In this document: piece by piece, positions 40,926 through 48,333 of the stretch | Position numbering within the stretch: position 1 is the stretch's first letter | Layout of the letters: the number at the start of each line of letters is the position of its first letter | Origin: Octopus sinensis | Taxonomy: Eukaryota | Reading direction: 5' to 3' | NCBI RefSeq assembly: GCF_006345805.1 | Contig: NW_021834442.1 | Coordinates: 1 to 48,333, forward strand | Length of the DNA stretch: 48,333 nt | The notes under the pieces: model-generated | What the model was told of the DNA's origin: nothing | Database searches by the model: none | The model's input: only the letters and a program-made list of their open reading frames with translations | Program-made: the position numbers and the translations under genes

Positions 40926-41541
40926 TGTGACCCCCTTGGGTAAGTGGATGTGAGAGCCTTACACAAAAAGAATACAAACGCCGCCACAATAAAGTGTGTG
41001 TCTTCATTGGCTCTTATGCTGTAAATACTAACATGAAGTAATAGAGAACTGGTATGAGCATGTACCAAGTAAAGTTATGCTGGAGGATGGCTAAGTAACG
41101 ATACTCTGGGACTGATTTTCAGACGGATCGTGTAATCGAACACCGTCGGCCGGATATTGTCATATTGAATATGAGAGACAAATACTGTCGGATCATTGAT
41201 GTAGCCATACCAAATGACATGAATGTTGTGAGTAAAGAGGTTGAAAAAAAATCACTAAGAACTCCGGATTGAAAGTGGAAATGGCAAGACTGTATGGAAT
41301 GCGAGAGGGTAATGTAAAAGTGATACCAGTGGTGATCGGAGCGCTGGGTTCAATCCCATTGAAACTTCAAGACTTCTCAAGGCAACTGGAAATCCCATGC
41401 AAGATTGATGTCTTGCAAAAAGCAGCCTTACTAAGTACAGCGCATATCTTAAGGAAAGTATTATCTGTCTGAGGTCCTTGTTGTGACTTGACAGATGAAT
41501 AAAGACTCCGGTGCATTTCTACCTACACTGCGTTAAGAAGG
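40926..41541 (+). mobile_element. 5'-truncated R4/Dong-type copy (further subfamily) with short AAT/GAT tail
   Basis: GCESLTQKEYKRRHNKV, WYEHVP, HRRPDIV, IIDVAIPND, VIPVVIGALGSIP, LQKAALLSTAHILRKVLSV*. Confidence 0.88.
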
Positions 41542-41762
41542 AATAATAATGATGATTTCTTTATTAACCGCAAAATGTTTATAGTGAGAAAGACTTTATG
41601 GATAGTACAGGATAAAACAGAGAATGTGTATGTGTGTGTTGTGAGGTTTTTGCGTGTAAACAAGACTAGCAAAATTTAAAAAAAGAAATCAACAGTGTCT
41701 AATCCTCAATAGGAAGGACACGTTCGAGCCTGCTCATGGAAAAACCCCAATAATTGTATTAC

Positions 41763-41793
<31 letters not shown>

Positions 41794-42280
41794 GAGTGAG
41801 AGAGCAGTGCATGCCATCAAAGTGACACTGGGGTAAAATGTACGAAGCCCAGTATACCCATCATGACTACCCGTCTGATAAGGGTACACCAGGCACATGC
41901 ATCACAACCATATGTGCGCGACATGGTGATCTCATATCAAAATAAACAGCACATGACCTTGCAGGTGGGGCCCAGTTAGAATTTTCTTCAGGTCGAGTAA
42001 CCCATCCCACTCGAAAGGTCCCTGAATAAGGGTTGTTTAAGGATGTTGAACGAAACACCCATGTGAATTATTCAAACCCCAAAGAATCCCTCTCAACACA
42101 CGGCTATGATGCTCCCCCACTACTTCTGCTCGTGATCAGAGATGCACATATCGTCAGCCACTAAGGGACATGCTCAACTGGTTAAGGTCAAACAACTGAC
42201 AAGCAAATCTGTGGTATTGAGCAGAATATTTGCTGTTGCCCATCTTTTATGCCCAGACAAAACAATGTACATGATAAGAC
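41794..42280 (-). mobile_element. Non-coding retroposon segment (3' UTR or SINE-like) in a (TAA)n tract
   Basis: GC-richer block flanked on both sides by (ATT)n; the minus strand ends ...gcactgctctctcactc followed by (AAT)n, like a TAA-tailed 3' end. Family unresolved. Confidence 0.55.
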
Positions 42281-42316
42281 TTATTATTATTATCATTATT
42301 ATTATTATTATTATTA

Positions 42317-42363
<47 letters not shown>

Positions 42364-42945
42364 ATAGTAGTAATTTCTGTTTCGACAGCAAAGTCTTAAA
42401 ATGTTGTAGTCAGTAGAAACAAAGTGATACTTTAAAATGATGGGGATGGGGGGAGGGGTACAATTTCCTTAGACATTGAATGTGTTAACTACTGAAGCAT
42501 AACAACAACAACAACAACAGCAACAACACAAATAACTAAAATGGATGTAATATTTCTAAAACTAAAATAAAAAAAAAAACACAACGAAGAAACGATAGCG
42601 CGACCCACCCCCATACACTCACAGGTAGAAATAACAGGCCAGTTAGGCTTGTCCAGAGCATTCGGGAAATATCAAGGTGACTAATTTACTGATGGATACC
42701 AAGTATCACGACGCAGTAAGCCGAACTGTTGCATAATATATCAAAGGCATCGGATATTGCATGCTGGTTGTTCCATATTGTTCTATTGCTTAACGTTTGC
42801 ATAAAATGTTTACTAGAGTAACGTTGACTCGCTGACATGACAACAGTAATAACAGACGATAAACTATTTATCGGTAAATAATGTGTGTATGTGTGTGTGC
42901 GTGTGTGCGCGTGCGCAGCTAATTATGGGACTACCTGTATGAAGG

Positions 42946-42995
<50 letters not shown>

Positions 42996-43257
42996 CCAGT
43001 TTTCGTGTATTAAATGAGTACGCATGTCGAAAGCGTATTGACTAAAACTGGTTGCTTCAATGGTGTATGTATGTAGACATACATATCTCCCTACACATCT
43101 GTATGTATGTATTTATATATGTATGTATGTGTGTATGTATGTATGTATGTATGTGTGTATGTATGCATTTGCGTATGCATATATGTATGTATGTTTGTTA
43201 ATATATCAATCTATTTATCCATATATATATATGCATCTGTCTATCGATATATATATG

Positions 43258-43288
<31 letters not shown>

Positions 43289-43421
43289 ATGTATGTATCT
43301 ATGTATGTATGTATGTATAATACACACACACACACACAAACACACATACTCACACACATACATAAATACATATACAGACATACGTATATCTGTATCTATA
43401 TCTATATATACATATATATCT

Positions 43422-43467
<46 letters not shown>

Positions 43468-43476
43468 GCCTGTCTG

Positions 43477-43556
<80 letters not shown>

Positions 43557-43558
<2 letters not shown>

Positions 43559-44194
43559 CAAAATTAGAGAATGGAAAAACATACTTAAATCAATAAAACA
43601 TCAACTATCCGATGATACCCAATCAATACTTTAATACACCATTACATATGAGTAAAGGCATTATACAAAATGAGATATACAGTATAGTAAAAAGATAAAG
43701 AGATATAAGTAAAAAATTTCAAATATAATATGCAATTAAATCAAAACTGACAGCTGTTTCGGCAGTGAGGGCAGTTCAACCTCATTTAACCTATAAGCCA
43801 TAAAGGCAGGTATGAATGAGGCATTAACAAGGATGCCCCACGGCCTCTTCAGAGAATTAAATTAAATTTGTTATAATTGTGAAAAATATTATATAACCAT
43901 ATACATATAAATATAAAAAATAAAAATGTAAAATATAAAAACTTATACATCATAATGCTACACTTATATAATATATACTCATTGGTACAATAAAGGAAGG
44001 TAAACAGAACAAAATAAAACAAAATATATATCAGTGTATATATTAATATTAATAAGTACCGATATTATACATATTTGGCTATAGTTTTTTTTTTTAAAAA
44101 ACTAACACATAGGGAGATGAAAAATAATAATTAAAACCATGGTTCAGTTCATAAAATTCTAAAGCTATGAAAGTTAATAAAAATTACTATTAAT

Positions 44195-44228
<34 letters not shown>

Positions 44229-45765
44229 TAATAATAATAATATAATAATAATAATAATACAGTTAAGTTTGCACCAAGTCCATCCTTTCAGATCGAAATA
44301 ACTATGAGTTTAGAAATGCTGACCACTAGGTAAAGAAAATTTAGATTAATTCGATTGGCTATTGGTTTGAAATTTAAATCACAAAAGAAAATTATACGGT
44401 TGGTTAGTCAAGGAACGCCAATATTCACACACGCATCTACAGATCAATCGCACATACACACATAGTTATATGTATATACATACACTTATACACATACATA
44501 ATCACAAGCAACAACTAGCACATAGATAAACAAAAAGGGAAGCAACTATGCTACCATTTAGTCCTTCAAAATTATAACTGTGCCTCAAATAACGAACAAG
44601 AACCACCCATGCATTTCATAAAATATTTATTTAGATATAAATATATTTTTAAATATCAGTATGTTACTAAGTCAGATAATTATTTCATGGGTAACTTAAA
44701 ATTTATAACACCGGTTTGTTGCATAGTAAACATACGGTTGTTAGATTATCGTAAGTTTGTTATGATTCCAAGTACGCTAATTATAAAATATAAAATATAT
44801 ATTAATTTATATATTATAAATAAATCACTTATTTACTTAATAAATTTAATGCCATAATATACCAGTTTAGGCATTAAAAATAGAAGGGGAAGTACTAATG
44901 TAAACGCTTATGAGAACATCACAGAAATTTTTAAAAATTTATATTATAAATACTTAAGATAAAATGTGATAAAATAAATAAGAAGGAATAATACGAAGGA
45001 ATAAATACGGTTATACACATATTATAGTACAAACCAGTATATATGTATTCATATATTATTAAAATTAAATAAAAATAAATGATAGATATGTATGTATAAA
45101 CCACCCTAGTATAAGTAAATAAGTAAAAAATAAATAGATAACAAATTAGATGACTTGATATGTATGTAAACATCTACACTTAAATAGGCAAATAAATAAA
45201 TAATTAGAAGACTAAATGCAGAGATTGAAATTGATAACATTAAAACAATAAATAAAAATAAATAAAGTGAATATATATGTTATATTGTTGAAAGTAAATA
45301 TGTATGGAAGGATAATTTAAAGTACAGATCCAGAGGACTATAGATATAAACTAAATATATAAGGCTGGTAATATTTATAAAGCCAAATGTATGTAAATGA
45401 AAAAATGAAAAAAATGAAAAAGGTTTATTAGTAAATAGCATAAGATACAAATTAAGGTGAGTACAAAGAAAGACCAAATATACAATAAAAACCTTCCAAA
45501 TAAACACATACAAAAAACCTATATTCTCAAATGAGGTATGACTGCCCTCACTGCCGAAACAGCTGTCAGTTTTGATTTAATTGCATATTATATTTGAAAT
45601 TTTTTACTTATATCTCTTTATCTTTTTACTATTACTGTAATATCTCATTTTGTATAATGCCTTTACTCATATGTAATGGTGTATTAAAGTATTGATTGGG
45701 TATCATCGGATAGTTGATGTTTTATTGATTTAAGTATGTTTTCTCCTCTTTCTCTAATTTTTGTA
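43557..45765 (-). mobile_element. Non-coding Penelope-like element with inverted terminal repeats (pLTR-like)
   Basis: 43557-43787 is the near-identical reverse complement of 45529-45765; the very AT-rich 1.74-kb interior has no recognisable ORF; a hammerhead motif is present; the left end abuts (TA)n. Confidence 0.65.
43741..43860 (-). ncRNA. Type I hammerhead ribozyme (minimal, PLE type), extended stem II
   Basis: Minus strand: CUGAAGA (43852-43846); stem II GGC...GCC (43845-43761); GAAAC (43760-43756); loop AGCU; GUC cleavage triplet (43751-43749); palindromic ACAGCUGU; weak stem I AG/CU plus UUGA/UUAA. Confidence 0.8.
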
Positions 45766-46221
45766 GTATTAATTTACGGTAATATTATTACCTTTACCCA
45801 TATAATACATAGATGAACTGATTGTTTGACAATTTTTAACATCTATGTATTAATCTTGTTGGGTACCTTCTGGCAGTATATTGGATATATATTATCCCAT
45901 GGTGGGTTGAATTTTCAACCCCTATCTCATTTTATAACCTATATATATATATATATATGTATATGTATACAAACATGTATACCTATATCTATCGTTTGCA
46001 TGTTTATTATTCGGTTGCGGCAATGCTGGCCGCCTCGAAAGATTTAGTCGAACAAATAGCCCTCAGTAATCAATTGTTTTAAGTCTGACACTTATTCTGT
46101 CGGTCTCTTTCGCTACATCGCTAGGTTATGCAGATGTAAACAAACCGATTCTCAAACGGTGGATAAAGGACAAACTGACAAACTGAAAAATATTATGTGT
46201 ATACACACATACATACACACA

Positions 46222-46272
<51 letters not shown>

Positions 46273-46409
46273 ATATATATTATATATATATACCGGAGTA
46301 AACACATAAATGTGAAACAAGGTGGAAAAAAGAGTACTCAATACCAGAGGTAGTTAATATGCTTTATTTAAAAGCAGAAGAAATTCAACAAACCTGTTTA
46401 CTCGTAGTT

Positions 46410-46478
<69 letters not shown>

Positions 46479-46537
46479 CAGAGATACCTATGTATATGCA
46501 TATATATATATTATATAAGTATTATATACACAGTATA

Positions 46538-46579
<42 letters not shown>

Positions 46580-46592
46580 ATATATATATATG

Positions 46593-47882
46593 CAGCGTGC
46601 GATGGGGAAATTGTCGCCATTTTATATTTTTAATTTCGCACATGCGCATTGTTTGTTTTTGATTTTGTCAACTACATAGTACAGTAGGGTCAGTTGGGCA
46701 CAGTCTGTGAGAAAAACAATACTGTGACGCAATTCACTCTGCCAGAATTTAGAAATGACATGCTGTACTGCTTGGCATTCACACCGAAAGCTCGAATACG
46801 AACATTTCAGAGTGTATGGGTGTCAATCTGAGGACAGTAAAGAGGATAGGGAAAGAGTTAAATGAGTCTAATGGTGATTACGAAGGAGCAGCTGCTCGGA
46901 AAACTCACTCTGATCGTTCTGATAAAAAAAGAAAACTCCTGAATTTGTTGGTGAGATCCAGGCCACGACTGACAACGACCCCTCCAAGTCAATCAGGTCC
47001 ATCACCAGGGACATGGGAGTGTCTGAGTTTCTTATCAGGCAAGTACTGCATGAAGACATTCGGTATTTCTCATACAAGATAAGATAGGGCCAATTTTTAT
47101 CCCATGCCATCAAAGACAAGAGGAAAGACTGTGCTACGAAACTTTTCAACAAACTCAAGCATCCCCTCCAACCGAACATGCTTTGGTCATTCTCAGACGA
47201 GAAAAATTTCTGCCAGGATCAGATGGTGAACATAGACAACAACTGTTGGTTTGCCCTGTCCCCAAAACATATACTGAGAGTGATAAAAATCAAACATCCA
47301 GTCAACATCATGGGGTTTGGATTAATCACTAGTGATGGCGACGTTATGCCTCCATTCATCTTCCCACACGGCCTCACACTTAACACGATGGCCTACATCA
47401 AATGCCTGGAGGAGGTAGTGCTGCCCTGAGTCAAGAGGGTAGCTGCCGGAAGACCCTATGTCAGGCAACAGGACTCTGCACCATGCTACTGAGGCAGGAG
47501 AACCCAATCATGGCTGTCAGACAATTTTTGCCACCACACCACCCCTAACATCTGGCCACTTAACTCTACAGAATGCAACCCCCTTGATTATTATGTGTGG
47601 GACGCAGTTGAGCAAGAGACCAACAAAACTCCTTGTAACACCAGGCAAGGATTATGGCAGCATTCACAACTTAAAGAAGACCATCCAGAAGAGAGAGTTT
47701 CAGGAGATTTTGAAATCGATGGGAGGCCGTGGTTGAAGTCAATGCGATTTTATTGAAGAAATTTACTCTTTAATATTTCAAGATATTTTTGTGTAATTTT
47801 GGTAAATTATATCTGTTAAAATGAGACGTCAGTGTTATTTTCCTTTTTGGTAATTTTACAACAATTTATTTACCTCATCCTG
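46593..47882 (+). mobile_element. DD37D (maT) Tc1/mariner DNA transposon, full length, degraded
   Basis: 1290 bp; imperfect TIRs CAGCGTGCGATGGGGAAATTGT vs CAGGATGAGGTAAATAAATTGT (14/22 identical); TA on the right, TG on the left. Confidence 0.85.
46724..47740 (+). pseudogene. DD37D transposase pseudogene
   Basis: HTH-like NISECMGVNLRTVKRI; FSDEK (D at 47196), QQDSAP (D at 47472) and NPLDYYVW (D at 47586) lie in one frame with 37 residues between the second and third D; in-frame stops and frameshifts. Confidence 0.88.
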
Positions 47883-47893
47883 TATTATATATA

Positions 47894-47930
<37 letters not shown>

Positions 47931-47934
<4 letters not shown>

Positions 47935-48086
47935 ATATGTTACATTACTCAATAGTCAAGATAAAACTCTGAGTTCAGATGCCGAAGTGGAAATCCACAT
48001 AACCGAAGAGATGGTGTTGTGGATTCCCACTTCGGCATCTGAACTCAGAGTTTTATCTTGACTATTGAGTAATGTAACATATTATT
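47931..48086. repeat. Near-perfect 69-bp inverted repeat (1 mismatch, 18-nt spacer) with a degenerate hammerhead-like motif
   Basis: 47931-47999 vs 48018-48086; only A47991/C48026 is mismatched. Confidence 0.92.
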
Positions 48087-48172
48087 GTATAGATAAATTT
48101 CCTCTATTTACATAACATTGAGGTCTCTTTCATTCTTTTGTTATCTCACCGTTTTTACCAATATATATATAT

Positions 48173-48277
48173 AAAAAACGAGGAAAAAACACAAGTAAAA
48201 AACAACAACGCGAGGACATGGTACATGCAAAGTATTAGCAGACGCGTTGTTTTTCTTGTGTCTGTTCCTCGTTTTTT
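48173..48277. repeat. Imperfect 35-40-bp inverted repeat following (TA)n
   Basis: aaaaaacgaggaaaaaacacaag...caacgcg vs cgcgttgtttttcttgtgtctgttcctcgtttttt. Confidence 0.75.
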
Positions 48278-48333
48278 GTATTTTTTGTGTGTGAGTGTGG
48301 GGGGGTATCTGCTATTTAGCGCACGCTCACACG

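Overview
AT-rich eukaryotic DNA dense in microsatellites and transposable elements. The SINE repertoire (tRNA-like heads, CORE-like ACCTTGGGCAAGT segment) suggests a coleoid cephalopod such as Octopus; this is recalled similarity, not a database result. No host protein-coding gene, rRNA, true tRNA or CRISPR array can be supported; only one low-confidence exon (467-552, minus) was seen, so the window is probably intronic or intergenic. Main contents: (1) a nest of R4/Dong-type (RT plus restriction-like endonuclease) non-LTR retrotransposons in (TAA)n tracts at 34.0-42.3 kb, including one full-length copy (34225-38146, minus) whose frameshifts are nearly all 1-nt homopolymer deletions and may be sequencing errors; (2) a non-coding Penelope-like element with about 235-bp inverted ends (43557-45765) carrying a type I hammerhead ribozyme with a complete core and an 85-nt stem II; (3) a full-length but degraded DD37D (maT) Tc1/mariner transposon (46593-47882); (4) a roughly 780-bp fold-back element nested inside a SINE, plus several other long inverted repeats; (5) Tx1/L1 and RTE-like LINE remnants, Helitron/Helentron-type non-autonomous elements, and many copies of two SINE families. 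Most ORF-track entries are microsatellite or antisense artefacts. Element boundaries were read by eye and are approximate.
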